DNA of 64,000 nucleotides from NCBI GenBank assembly GCA_963756875.1, contig CAVWPA010000003.1, forward strand, positions 224,001 to 288,000, written 5' to 3'. The notes under the pieces are model-generated. The model was given only the letters and a program-made list of their open reading frames with translations, did no database searches and was not told where the DNA came from. This document shows positions 28,476 to 37,941 of the stretch, in pieces (positions within the stretch are counted from its first letter, which is position 1; the number at the start of each line of letters is the position of its first letter). A program made the translations under genes and the position numbers. This DNA comes from an uncultured Verrucomicrobiae bacterium (lineage in GTDB: Bacteria; Verrucomicrobiota; Verrucomicrobiia; Chthoniobacterales; UBA10450).

Positions 28476-30270
28476 GCTCGCGTTTGCGCTTCAACTCGAT
28501 CTCGATTTTTGTGAGCGGAAGACAATTCACCACGTCGGCTTTCGTAAGCCAGCCTTTGCGCGCAATGCCGATGCCAAACCAAAGGTCCTGCAGACGCTCG
28601 GTTCGGTGCGCGTCCGGGTTGATCACGCATTTGACTCCTTTCTTCTTCGCCAGCGGCCACCAGCGCCAGTCGAGATCGAGGCGCTTGGGCGCGGCGTTCA
28701 GCTCAATCCACGTTCCATTCGCCGCCGCCGCGTCCAGGACGGCAGGAATATCGACAACATAAGGCTCGCGCTGCAGAAGAAGTCGCCCCGTCGGGTGCGC
28801 GAGAATGGTAACGAAACGATTGCTAATCGCGCGGATCACGCGGCGCGTCATTTCCGCTTCGCTCAAATTAAAAACCGAATGGATCGAGGCGACAACGAAA
28901 TCCAGTTCGGATAAGAGATCATCCGAAAAGTCGAGGGTGCCGTCGCGGAGGATATCGCATTCCACACCGGCAAAAAGCCGGAAGCCGTCGAATTTTTTGT
29001 TCAATTTTCGAATCGCCGCAATTTGTGCGCGGAGTTTCTTTTCATCGAGCCCGTGCGCCTGAACGGAGCTGCGGCTGTGCTCCGCGATCCCCAGATATTC
29101 CAGGCCGAGCGCCTGCGCTGCATCGGCCATTTCCTCCAGCGTATTATGGCCGTCGCTCGCGACCGTATGACAATGAAATGTGCCGCGTAAATTTTCCTTT
29201 TCGATCAAGTGCGGCAACACATGTTTTTCCGAAGCCTCGAATTCGCCGCAATTTTCACGCAGCTCCGGCGGGATAAAATCGAGATCGAGCGCGTGATAAA
29301 GGCCGGCTTCATCGTTAATTTTCTCGTTCTTCTGCGGCGATCGTTTAACCGTCTGTCCAGTCGAAGACTCGCCGTGGCGAGCTCGGACCTTTTTTGCTTT
29401 GGGATCCGGCGGCAACGGCCCGAGCCGATACTCGTTCAACGTCCAGCCGCGTTTAAGCGCCCGGTTACGCATCTCGATATTATGCTCCCTGTTGCCTGTA
29501 AAATAATTCAACGCGAAAGGATATTCGCTCGAGCTTACCACTCGCAGGTCGCATTGGATCCCGGAACGCAGCCGCACACTCGATTTCGTCGGTCCGTGTG
29601 CAACGATCGACTCAACCAGCGGGTGCTCGACGAAAAATTTCGTGATTACGTCCGGCTTTTTTGTCGCCACCACAAAATCGATATCGTGCACGATCTCCCG
29701 GCGTCGCCGGTAACTCCCTGCGACATCGACATGCAAGGCGTCACGATGCGCCGTCAGATCCGCGCGCAGCGACTCCGCTTCGGCTGCGATCCGGCCGAAT
29801 TGAAAATAGCCGGCATGCTTTGTCCGCTGCTCAATGGCGGCGCAAATTTTTGCCTGTGTCGTTTCGCCAAAGCCAGGCAACTGCGCGACTCGCCCGGACT
29901 CACACGCTTTTCGCAGCTGTTCAATTGAGCTGATCTGCAGGTTCTCGTACAGCGCCTTGATCTTTTTCGCGCCAAGACCCGAGATCGAGAATAACTCCAG
30001 AATCGCCGCCGGGAAGTTGGCCCGGAGTTCTTCCAGATATTTCAATGATCCCGTGGCGGCCAGCTCTTTGATTTTCTCCGCGATGCTTTTGCCGATTCCC
30101 GGAATTTTCGCCAGCGCCTGTTCGTCCTGCAGATCGGGCAGGTTACCGCCCCAGGTTTCGAGGGAGCGCGCGGCATTGGCATAAGCCCGGATCTTGAATG
30201 GATTCTCCTCCTTCAATTCGAGAAGAGTGGCGATCTCTTCCAGGACTTCGACGATCTGGGTCTTTGTCAT
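28468..30270 (-). CDS. polX: DNA polymerase X / PHP 3'-5' exonuclease
   Basis: ENPFKIRAY, HhH motifs, GSYRR, catalytic DID and CDLR, YFTG, PHP motifs HCH..SDG, HPTGR, DAH. Confidence 0.95.
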   Translation of the reverse strand: MTKTQIVEVLEEIATLLELKEENPFKIRAYANAARSLETWGGNLPDLQDEQALAKIPGIGKSIAEKIKELAATGSLKYLEELRANFPAAILELFSISGLGAKKIKALYENLQISSIEQLRKACESGRVAQLPGFGETTQAKICAAIEQRTKHAGYFQFGRIAAEAESLRADLTAHRDALHVDVAGSYRRRREIVHDIDFVVATKKPDVITKFFVEHPLVESIVAHGPTKSSVRLRSGIQCDLRVVSSSEYPFALNYFTGNREHNIEMRNRALKRGWTLNEYRLGPLPPDPKAKKVRARHGESSTGQTVKRSPQKNEKINDEAGLYHALDLDFIPPELRENCGEFEASEKHVLPHLIEKENLRGTFHCHTVASDGHNTLEEMADAAQALGLEYLGIAEHSRSSVQAHGLDEKKLRAQIAAIRKLNKKFDGFRLFAGVECDILRDGTLDFSDDLLSELDFVVASIHSVFNLSEAEMTRRVIRAISNRFVTILAHPTGRLLLQREPYVVDIPAVLDAAAANGTWIELNAAPKRLDLDWRWWPLAKKKGVKCVINPDAHRTERLQDLWFGIGIARKGWLTKADVVNCLPLTKIEIELKRKRERK

Positions 30271-30348
30271 TATTTTAACGGTTAGCCTAGAATCGCTGAG
30301 CGTCGAATGCGACAGGAGACCGGGCGTTGTGCTAATCTGGGTGTGTTC

Positions 30349-31539
30349 GTGAAGAAGATCGTTTTACCTGTCACGCTCAGCGTTTTCGCAACCGCAACCG
30401 CTTGCGCGGTCATTCTTTTCAGTACGGCCGATCCGTCAGTCAACACGACCCCGCCGACTGGCGATCTGTCCGGCAGCGGATGGCAGTACCAAGGATTTTG
30501 GGGCGGATACCTTGGGACGCCCATCGCGCCGAACTTTTTCGTTTCCGCGCACCACATCGGCCGGGCTGGATCGGTGTTCACGTTTCAAGGTGTCGACTAC
30601 CATTTAGTGGCGACCGGCAATCCGAACGATCCTTACAAGCACTTCGACGATCCATACAGCGATCTGATGATCTGGCAGGTAATGGAAACCTTCCCGACCT
30701 TCGCGCCGCTTTACTCCGCCGGCGACGAGGTTGGCAAACATCTGGTCGTGATCGGACGCGGTACGCAGCGCGGCAGCGAAATTATCATCAACGGCGCTTT
30801 GCACGGCTGGAACTGGGGGACCGGCGACGGGGTCGAACGATGGGGCGAAAACATCGTCACCTCAATTGTTCCGGACCCTGGCCTGCGCGAACTTATCCAA
30901 GCCACCTTTGATGAAAACGGTTTGCCCAGCGAAGCGCATCTCTCCAGCGGCGACTCGGGCGGCGCGGTCTTTCTTCAAGACAACGGTGTCTGGAAACTGG
31001 CGGCGATTAATTACGGCGTCGATACCGGATATTACACGGACGCAAACGGAACGAACGAGCTTTCGGCTGCCGCGCTCTTCGATACGCGCGAGTTGTATTA
31101 CGAAGACCAAACGAATCCGCCGCATTACACTCTCATCAGCGGCCCGGATCCGGCGCCAACCGCATTTTACTCAACGCGAATCGTGGCGTGTCTCGGTTGG
31201 ATCCGTAGCGTGATCGATCCAAATGGCGATGCGGATGGGGACGGAATCCCAAATCTGCTTCAGTATGCGCTCGTTCTTAATGCCCCCGGGGAACGGGGAT
31301 ACGGCGCGACGCAAGCGTCGCTAAGCTCCGGGTTGCTTTCGCTTACCTATCGGAAGATCACCACGGCAATGCAGCTCCAATATGACGTGAGAGAATCCAC
31401 CGATCTCGTTTCGTGGACAACAGTGACTCCCCAGGAGCAGATCGTGGAGACGCGGGGAAACGTGCAGACGATCAAAGCCAGCGTGCCCGTCGGCTCGAAC
31501 ACGCCGCTGTTTTTACGTCTTCGCATCACCCAGCAGTAG
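30349..31539 (+). CDS. Exported trypsin-like serine protease with a distinct C-terminal domain
   Basis: Signal peptide, SAHH (His), SDL (Asp), GDSGG (Ser); C-terminal DADGDG..STDL..W..FLRLR segment. Confidence 0.75.
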   Translation: MKKIVLPVTLSVFATATACAVILFSTADPSVNTTPPTGDLSGSGWQYQGFWGGYLGTPIAPNFFVSAHHIGRAGSVFTFQGVDYHLVATGNPNDPYKHFDDPYSDLMIWQVMETFPTFAPLYSAGDEVGKHLVVIGRGTQRGSEIIINGALHGWNWGTGDGVERWGENIVTSIVPDPGLRELIQATFDENGLPSEAHLSSGDSGGAVFLQDNGVWKLAAINYGVDTGYYTDANGTNELSAAALFDTRELYYEDQTNPPHYTLISGPDPAPTAFYSTRIVACLGWIRSVIDPNGDADGDGIPNLLQYALVLNAPGERGYGATQASLSSGLLSLTYRKITTAMQLQYDVRESTDLVSWTTVTPQEQIVETRGNVQTIKASVPVGSNTPLFLRLRITQQ

Positions 31540-31544
31540 GCCCG

Positions 31545-32180
31545 TCACATCCGCCCCCGGCGCTTGTAGAATTTGTAGCGGGCAATGATTGAATCGACGT
31601 AATTCCGGGTCCCCGGAAACTGGATCTTCCGGCGAAACTCTTCCCCCGAAGCGGCCGGATCGTTGCCGTCGGCCCAGCGCTGTGCCCGACTGGCCCCGGC
31701 ATTGTACTCAGCCAGCGCAAAGGAAAGCGGCTCGGCCTGGTTCTCCCAGTGCTCGAGAGCGCGTTGCAAATACCAGGTTCCGGCTTCCAGATTTGTTCTG
31801 GGATCGTAAAGCTGCTCCGGCCGGAAATTGGCAATCCTGTTTTCCTGCGCCCATTCATTGGCGGCTTTCTCGCTCACCTGCATGAGACCGCGCTCGCCTG
31901 CGCTGCCACGCTTGTGCGGATCGAGCCGGCTTTCGCGCCACACCACCGCTTTAACCAGCATGGGGTCGAGATGATGCTCGGCCGCAACCGACCGGATCAA
32001 TTTGTCGTACTGTCGAAAGCGCGCCGGACTGATCCATTCATAAAACGTGTAGACCGGATCGCCGGAGCGCACCGCCAGATAGCCAAATCCTGCTACGAGC
32101 GCCAGCAGAACGCAAAGGATCAACTTGAACAAAAACCGGATCACGTCAGCATCAATCAACGCATCGCCCCAGATGATCAA
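31545..32180 (-). CDS. Lytic transglycosylase (SLT domain), membrane anchored; start may be 32144
   Basis: AVVWRES, GLMQV, AEYNAG. Confidence 0.9.
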   Translation of the reverse strand: MIIWGDALIDADVIRFLFKLILCVLLALVAGFGYLAVRSGDPVYTFYEWISPARFRQYDKLIRSVAAEHHLDPMLVKAVVWRESRLDPHKRGSAGERGLMQVSEKAANEWAQENRIANFRPEQLYDPRTNLEAGTWYLQRALEHWENQAEPLSFALAEYNAGASRAQRWADGNDPAASGEEFRRKIQFPGTRNYVDSIIARYKFYKRRGRM

Positions 32181-32200
32181 TTAAAAATCGGCGCAATGGC

Positions 32201-34432
32201 ATGATGAAGCCCAGTTTTGTTCGGGTACTTATCGATCGCGCGATTCATCGCGAGCTGGATTATGCGGTTCCCGAAACCTTGTCGGACCGCATCGGCGTCG
32301 GGTCGCGGGTGCGTGTTCCTTTCCGGGATAAATCCGCGCTCGGCACCGTGGTGGTCACCCTGGAGCACAGCGACGCCAAGGGAATTCGCCCGATCGAAGC
32401 GCTTGTGGGCGAAGCACCAGCCTTCAGCGAGCAGCTTCTCGAGCTGGCGCGATGGATGAGCGCTTATTATTGCTGCCCGATCGAGACCGTGATGCGAAGC
32501 CTGCTTCCACAGGTGATTCGACGCGCGGAGATCGGCTGGAAGAAGCAGCTGTTCGTGCAGCCTGCGCGCTCGATTGACAACGAGGAGCTCGAAAAACTCA
32601 GGAAACGCGCGCCGCGCCAGGCCGAACTGCTGGAGGCAATCCGCCCCTTGGAAATGCCTGTTCGCGCCGCCGAGCTGCTGCGCAAGACATCGCTCGACAA
32701 TCAAACTCTGCGCGCGCTCGCCAAACGCGGGCTCATCGAGCTGCGTGAGGAAGCCGTGGAACGCGATCCACATGGCGACGAGCAATTTCTCGCGACCGCG
32801 AACCTCGAATTGAATTCCGAGCAGGCGCTCGCCCTCAAGCCGATTTTTGCCGCGCTCGATTCCCCCGGGAACGCGCGGCCGATCCTGCTGCACGGAGTCA
32901 CCGGCAGCGGCAAAACCGAAATCTATTTGCAGGCAATCCGCGCCGCGCTCGATCGCGGACAAAGCGCCATTGTTTTGGTCCCGGAAATCTCGCTGACGCC
33001 TCAAACCGTCGAACGTTTCAAAGGCCGGTTCGCCGAAGCGCACGATCTGGTCGCGGTTTTGCACAGCCACCTGTCGGAAGGCGAACGTCATGATGAATGG
33101 CACAAGATCCATTCCGGACGGGCGCGAATTGTGATCGGCGCGCGGAGCGCCGTTTTCGCGCCGCTGAAAAAACTTGGCCTCATCATTGTCGACGAGGAAC
33201 ACGAGACCACTTACAAGCAGGAAGACGCTCCCCGTTACCATGCGCGCGACGTCGCCGTCATGCGGGCGAAGATCGAGAAATGCGCCATCGTGCTCGGAAG
33301 CGCCACACCCTCACTGGAAAGCTATCACAACGCGACTACGGGCAAATATCAGCTGGCGACCCTTACCCAGCGCGTGGACGAGCAAAAGATGCCGCTCATG
33401 CGCATTGTCGATCTTCGCCAGGAGCGACGGAAAGGAAAAGCGGCTGCGATCTTATCGGAAAAATTGCGTCAAGCCATTGGCGATCGACTCGAAAAAGGCG
33501 AGCAGACAATCTTGTTTTTGAACCGGCGCGGCTTTTCCACCTCCCTGCTTTGCAGCAACTGCGGCAAGGCGCGCGACTGTCCAAATTGCAGCGTGGCGCT
33601 CACTTTTCACCGGCACATCGCGCGGCTGAGCTGTCATTTGTGCGGGCACACCGCAGCCGTGCCAAAGAAATGTCCGGAATGCGGCAAGGACGCGTTGATT
33701 TATGTGGGATTCGGAACGGAAAAAGTGGAATCAAACGTTTCACATCTTTTCCCCAGGGCGAACGTCCGCCGCATGGATGCTGATTCCATGACGCGGAAGG
33801 ATGCGTATCGGGAAACTTTGAACAGTTTTCGCACGGGCAAAATCGACATCCTGGTCGGCACACAAATGATCGCCAAGGGCCTGCATTTTCCAAACGTGAC
33901 ACTGGTGGGGATCATTAACGCCGATCTCGCGTTGCACCTGCCCGATTTCCGCGCCGGCGAACGGACGTTTCAACTTCTCACCCAGGTGGCCGGACGGGCC
34001 GGCCGGGGCGAGCAGCCGGGAGAAGTATTCGTGCAAACGTACACGCCGTTCAGTCCATCGATCCAATTCGCGCGGCACCACGATTTCGCCGGTTACTTCC
34101 AGCAGGAACTCGAATTTCGCGAGCGCTGCGATTTCCCGCCATTCAAGCACGCCATTCTCATCACGGTGCGTTCGGCGCACGAAGAGCGCGCAAAGTTTTC
34201 AGCCGCGACGTTGGGCCGCCGACTGAAGGAAGCGGTCGGCACCAAATTTATTCTGAGCGAACCAACTCCGGCGCCACTGGAGAAACTGCAGGGCCAGTTT
34301 CGTTTTCACATTCTGCTGCGCGGGGAAGCGATCATGCGTTTGAGCCGGCTGGTGCGCGAGACCCTGGAGAAGCTGCCGTTCCCGGAAGACGTGGCCGTGA
34401 CGGTGGACGTCGATCCGTATCAGTTGCTCTAA
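32201..34432 (+). CDS. priA: Primosomal protein N'
   Basis: GVTGSGKT, VPEISLTPQ, DEEH, GSATPS, four CxxC motifs, GTQMIAKG. Confidence 0.97.
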   Translation: MMKPSFVRVLIDRAIHRELDYAVPETLSDRIGVGSRVRVPFRDKSALGTVVVTLEHSDAKGIRPIEALVGEAPAFSEQLLELARWMSAYYCCPIETVMRSLLPQVIRRAEIGWKKQLFVQPARSIDNEELEKLRKRAPRQAELLEAIRPLEMPVRAAELLRKTSLDNQTLRALAKRGLIELREEAVERDPHGDEQFLATANLELNSEQALALKPIFAALDSPGNARPILLHGVTGSGKTEIYLQAIRAALDRGQSAIVLVPEISLTPQTVERFKGRFAEAHDLVAVLHSHLSEGERHDEWHKIHSGRARIVIGARSAVFAPLKKLGLIIVDEEHETTYKQEDAPRYHARDVAVMRAKIEKCAIVLGSATPSLESYHNATTGKYQLATLTQRVDEQKMPLMRIVDLRQERRKGKAAAILSEKLRQAIGDRLEKGEQTILFLNRRGFSTSLLCSNCGKARDCPNCSVALTFHRHIARLSCHLCGHTAAVPKKCPECGKDALIYVGFGTEKVESNVSHLFPRANVRRMDADSMTRKDAYRETLNSFRTGKIDILVGTQMIAKGLHFPNVTLVGIINADLALHLPDFRAGERTFQLLTQVAGRAGRGEQPGEVFVQTYTPFSPSIQFARHHDFAGYFQQELEFRERCDFPPFKHAILITVRSAHEERAKFSAATLGRRLKEAVGTKFILSEPTPAPLEKLQGQFRFHILLRGEAIMRLSRLVRETLEKLPFPEDVAVTVDVDPYQLL

Positions 34433-34434
34433 CT

Positions 34435-34560
34435 GGTTGGGACGCCGCGCAGCGGCAAAGCCGCTCAAACTCGATTTCTGAGCGCCGGACGGCGCTGCCC
34501 GCTTTAACATTGTGCTCGGAGAGCCCGATCCACCTGTAGCCACGGCGCTCTGTCGCCGTG
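34435..34560. repeat. Degenerate REP remnants plus a GTAG REP arm
   Basis: GGGACGCCGCGCAGCGGC resembles the 25020 element; TGTAGCCACGGCGCTCTGTCGCCGTG at 34535-34560 is identical to the 12065-12124 element. Confidence 0.65.
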
Positions 34561-34670
34561 CCGCGCCGGAAATCGAGACCAGGAGAGGATCATTGCTGGT
34601 GGGGCGCCGTAACGCGAGTAAAGCAGCGGCCTGGCCTGCAAACTCCGTCGAGCCGACGAATTCTGATACT

Positions 34671-36032
34671 CTACACCAGCCCCTGGTCCATCATGGCGTT
34701 GGCGACCTTCAGAAACCCGGCGATGTTCGCGCCGTTCACGTAATTGCCCGGCGTGCCGTATTTCTCCGCGGTCCGATAACAGACCTCGTGGATCGTTTTC
34801 ATGATGTTGTAGAGCCGGTTGTCCACTTCTTCACGCGTCCATGAGATGCGCATGCTGTTCTGCGCCATTTCCAGCCCGGACGTCGCCACGCCCCCCGCAT
34901 TGGCGGCTTTGCCGGGACCGAAAAGAATTTTCGCTTCGAGAAACTTATTGATGCCGTCGATCGTGGTCGGCATGTTCGCGCCCTCCGAGACGACATACAC
35001 GCCATTCTTCAGCAGATTGGCCGCATCCCTGCCGTTAATTTCGTTCTGGGTCGCGCTCGGGAACGCGCACTGTGCCTTGTGGTTCCAGAGCGGATTGTGA
35101 TCCAGTTTCCGATCGACCGGCGTAAATTCGGCGCCTTTGAACTTGTCGGCGTATTCCGAAATGCGGCCGCGCCGCACGTTCTTCAGGTCCATGACAAACG
35201 CCAGCCTCTCGCGCGTGATCCCGGCCTCGTCGAAGATGTAACCGGTGGAATCGGAAAGCGTGACCGGCTTGGCCCCCAACGTAATCAATTTTTCGACGGT
35301 GTACTGCGCGACATTTCCGCTGCCGGACACAAGCGCAATTTTGCCTTTGAGCTCTTCTTTGCGGGTTTTGAGCATTTCTTCCGCAAAATAAACCGCGCCG
35401 TAGCCGGTCGCTTCCGGGCGAATGACCGAGCCGCCCCACGTCAGACCTTTGCCGGTCATCACGCCGGTGAATTCGTTCCTGAGCCGTTTGTACATTCCGA
35501 ACAAGTACCCGATTTCCCGGGAACCGACACCGATGTCTCCCGCCGGAACGTCCGTGTTCGGACCGATGTGGCGAAACAACTCCGACATGAACGCCTGACA
35601 AAAGCGCATCACCTCAAAATCGCTTTTGCCTTTCGGGTCGAAATCGGCGCCTCCTTTGCCGCCGCCCATTGGCAGCGTGGTCAGCGCGTTTTTGAATACC
35701 TGCTCGAAGGCGAGGAATTTCAAAATGCCGAGATTGACCGAGGGATGAAATCGCAACCCGCCCTTGTACGGTCCGATGGCGCTGTTCATCTGGATCCGGA
35801 ACCCGCGATTGACAAGAAATCTGCCGGCGTCATCCCGCCAGGGAACACGGAACATGATCACGCGCTCCGGCTCGATGATGCGCTCGAGAATTTTGTGTTC
35901 TCGATATTCCGGGCTCCGCTCGAGCACGAGCGCGAGCGACTCCGCCACTTCCTGCACTGCCTGGTGAAACTCCGGTTCGGCCGGGTTTTTGGCCTTCACC
36001 TCGGCCATTAGATTCGAAACGTAATTTTGCAT
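34671..36032 (-). CDS. gdhA: NADP-specific glutamate dehydrogenase
   Basis: GPYKGGLRFH, MGGGKGG, DVPAGDIG, RPEATGYG, GSGNVA. Confidence 0.96.
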   Translation of the reverse strand: MQNYVSNLMAEVKAKNPAEPEFHQAVQEVAESLALVLERSPEYREHKILERIIEPERVIMFRVPWRDDAGRFLVNRGFRIQMNSAIGPYKGGLRFHPSVNLGILKFLAFEQVFKNALTTLPMGGGKGGADFDPKGKSDFEVMRFCQAFMSELFRHIGPNTDVPAGDIGVGSREIGYLFGMYKRLRNEFTGVMTGKGLTWGGSVIRPEATGYGAVYFAEEMLKTRKEELKGKIALVSGSGNVAQYTVEKLITLGAKPVTLSDSTGYIFDEAGITRERLAFVMDLKNVRRGRISEYADKFKGAEFTPVDRKLDHNPLWNHKAQCAFPSATQNEINGRDAANLLKNGVYVVSEGANMPTTIDGINKFLEAKILFGPGKAANAGGVATSGLEMAQNSMRISWTREEVDNRLYNIMKTIHEVCYRTAEKYGTPGNYVNGANIAGFLKVANAMMDQGLV

Positions 36033-36127
36033 GAAAACTGCCTTTGTTTGCGCGGCTGCCGCGCGTTAGATACGAGAGCTTAAGCTACGTCCAACAGCAA
36101 ATAAAACAGAAGGAAAAATTTGGCCCA

Positions 36128-36160
36128 GGCAGGGATGGCTCTCCGAGCCGTCCGACGAAT
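36128..36160. repeat. REP arm of the 13931 family
   Basis: GGCAGGGATGGCTCTCCGAGCCGTCCGACGAAT. Confidence 0.6.
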
Positions 36161-36203
36161 CCGCGGAGCGCCTTCCCACGGCCTTAGGGAAACGAGTGCC
36201 AAT

Positions 36204-36470
36204 CTATCGGAGCCGGTTAACAAAATTGTTGTATTCCTCGCGCGTACCGATCCAGAACCATGCAACGACATCACCGTCGCGACGTGCTACGGCACGATAG
36301 TGATCTCCGATTCGGGCCGACCAAACGTTTCCGCCGAGCGGCTTGAACTGCATGGATGGATGAAATGGATCGCCCATCCAGACTTGAAACTTGTCGCGGG
36401 CGAGGCATTGGACGTGCCCTGGCAGTCGATTGAATTCATTCCAGAATCGCCGATGCGTTCTGGATTTCAC
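36204..36470 (-). CDS. RelE/ParE-like toxin
   Basis: 88 aa, basic; DPFHPSMQFK, WSARIG..YRA, WFWIGT.EEY pattern; GTGA overlap with the upstream small gene. Confidence 0.75.
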   Translation of the reverse strand: MKSRTHRRFWNEFNRLPGHVQCLARDKFQVWMGDPFHPSMQFKPLGGNVWSARIGDHYRAVARRDGDVVAWFWIGTREEYNNFVNRLR

Positions 36471-36667
36471 GGCATATCGCGGAGCCGCCCCGCCTTGATG
36501 TCGTCTTCGACTTCGCGCAGAACATTATCCAGGTCGCCACTGCCGATGTCGCGCTTCATCTGCTCGTCCCAATCGTCGTCCTTCCAGCCATGCAGCCATG
36601 CGGCAAGCTCGGCGCGCTGCTCGAACGGCAGCTGCGCAATTGCAGTTTTGATTTCAGCAAGGCTCAC
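36467..36667 (-). CDS. Putative antitoxin
   Basis: 66 aa, acidic (WDEQMKRDI..G.LD); directly upstream of and coupled to the toxin. Confidence 0.7.
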   Translation of the reverse strand: MSLAEIKTAIAQLPFEQRAELAAWLHGWKDDDWDEQMKRDIGSGDLDNVLREVEDDIKAGRLRDMP

Positions 36668-36862
36668 ACGTCGATCTTACCACCGTCCGATCGCTCTTCC
36701 AAGTTCCAGCAATGCAGCCGGAAAAGTGTCGATAGTAAGCCCTGACCCCCATTCCCGATCCATTCCCTACTGTTTTGTAGCCGGATCAGTGTCCGGTCAT
36801 TTAGATTGTCCGATTTTGGCCGGCAGACCGATTTCCCGCACAACTCTTGCTGATCAAAAGGA

Positions 36863-37900
36863 ATGGCTGCCAGAGACTTTTTTGCCTTTTGCAGGTCGCT
36901 CCATTTGCTGGAGTTAAAGGCAATAGGTGAGCTATCCCGGGTGAGACATTTTGAAGAGAACGACCTTGTTTTTTCCGCGGGCGATAGCGGCGATGAGCTT
37001 TTCATCATTAATCACGGATTGGCCGAGATCACGCCGGAGCCGTTCCATCCCGGAATGGTCGCGACCGTGCTCGCGCGCGGAGATGTCTTCGGCGAGGCGG
37101 GTGCCCTTCTTCATCTTCCAAGGCGTCAGACGGCTCGTGCTCGCGCTGCACTCAGCGTGCAATGCTTTCGGGGACAAGATTTTCAGGAACTCCTCCGCCG
37201 CGTCCCATCGTTCTTCGTCTTCCTGTGCGAAAAGCTGGCCAACCATCTGTTCCTGGCAAGCGAGATAGGGAAATCTCAAGAGGGCGATCTCGAATTGACC
37301 GGCAACCTGGCCAATTTTGACGTCGTGACGATCTATCAAACCATCATCCGGTCGATGCAGACCGGTCTCCTTACCATCGCCGATGAAAATGCTAAGACGG
37401 TTTGCGAGTTTTATTTCGATAACGGGGCTCCCCGTTGGGGACGCTTTCAACAGCTCAAGGGCGAAGAAGCGTTCTGGCAGCTATTCATCCAAACCCGCCG
37501 CGGCTGGACGTTCTCCTTTTCCAAGAAAGCGCTGGTCCGTGCCGATTGGACCGACGAGAGCGCGATCAGCCGTAACCCGGATGAAATGCTGATGACGGCG
37601 ATCCACATGCGCGACGAATTTGAAGATCTGTGCAAGCGCATGAGTGACGGCGCAGCCAGTTTGAAGCGCCAAAAATTGAACTTCGTTTGGCCAAGCACCG
37701 ATCTCGAGGAACTGCGGCCACTGGCGGAAGAGATTTGGCAGATCGCCTATAGCCAGCCGATTTCATTGACGGATCTGTCTGGACGTTGCGGCCATTGCGG
37801 ACTCAAAGTCTATCGGGCCGTGGACGAAATGGTGCGTGCTGGAATTGTCGCGTTGCAAAGCAACGGCGAAGCGCCGAAGCCGTTGGAGGCCGCGCCCTGA
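36863..37900 (+). CDS. cNMP-binding domain + DUF4388 (PatA-N-like) protein
   Basis: VFSAGDSGDELFII..G, GDVFGE...R; LTGNLANFDVV.IYQ....MQTGLLTI..FYFDNG. Confidence 0.78.
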   Translation: MAARDFFAFCRSLHLLELKAIGELSRVRHFEENDLVFSAGDSGDELFIINHGLAEITPEPFHPGMVATVLARGDVFGEAGALLHLPRRQTARARAALSVQCFRGQDFQELLRRVPSFFVFLCEKLANHLFLASEIGKSQEGDLELTGNLANFDVVTIYQTIIRSMQTGLLTIADENAKTVCEFYFDNGAPRWGRFQQLKGEEAFWQLFIQTRRGWTFSFSKKALVRADWTDESAISRNPDEMLMTAIHMRDEFEDLCKRMSDGAASLKRQKLNFVWPSTDLEELRPLAEEIWQIAYSQPISLTDLSGRCGHCGLKVYRAVDEMVRAGIVALQSNGEAPKPLEAAP

Positions 37901-37941
37901 AGTTTACGAGCGGCTGTCTGGGGAGCACAGACGCTACATCC

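Noticed and set aside
28468..30270. Possibility of a catalytically dead (non-canonical) PolX
   Set aside because: The DID motif and the third Asp (CDLR) are intact.
36836..36851. CCGCAC-N5-TTGCT upstream of the cNMP gene, resembling a sigma-54 promoter
   Set aside because: The invariant GG is CG, and the site would put the TSS at about the start codon.
36120..36917. 265-aa plus-strand ORF across the TA locus
   Set aside because: Antisense to a coherent coupled toxin-antitoxin pair, starts at a REP, no motifs.
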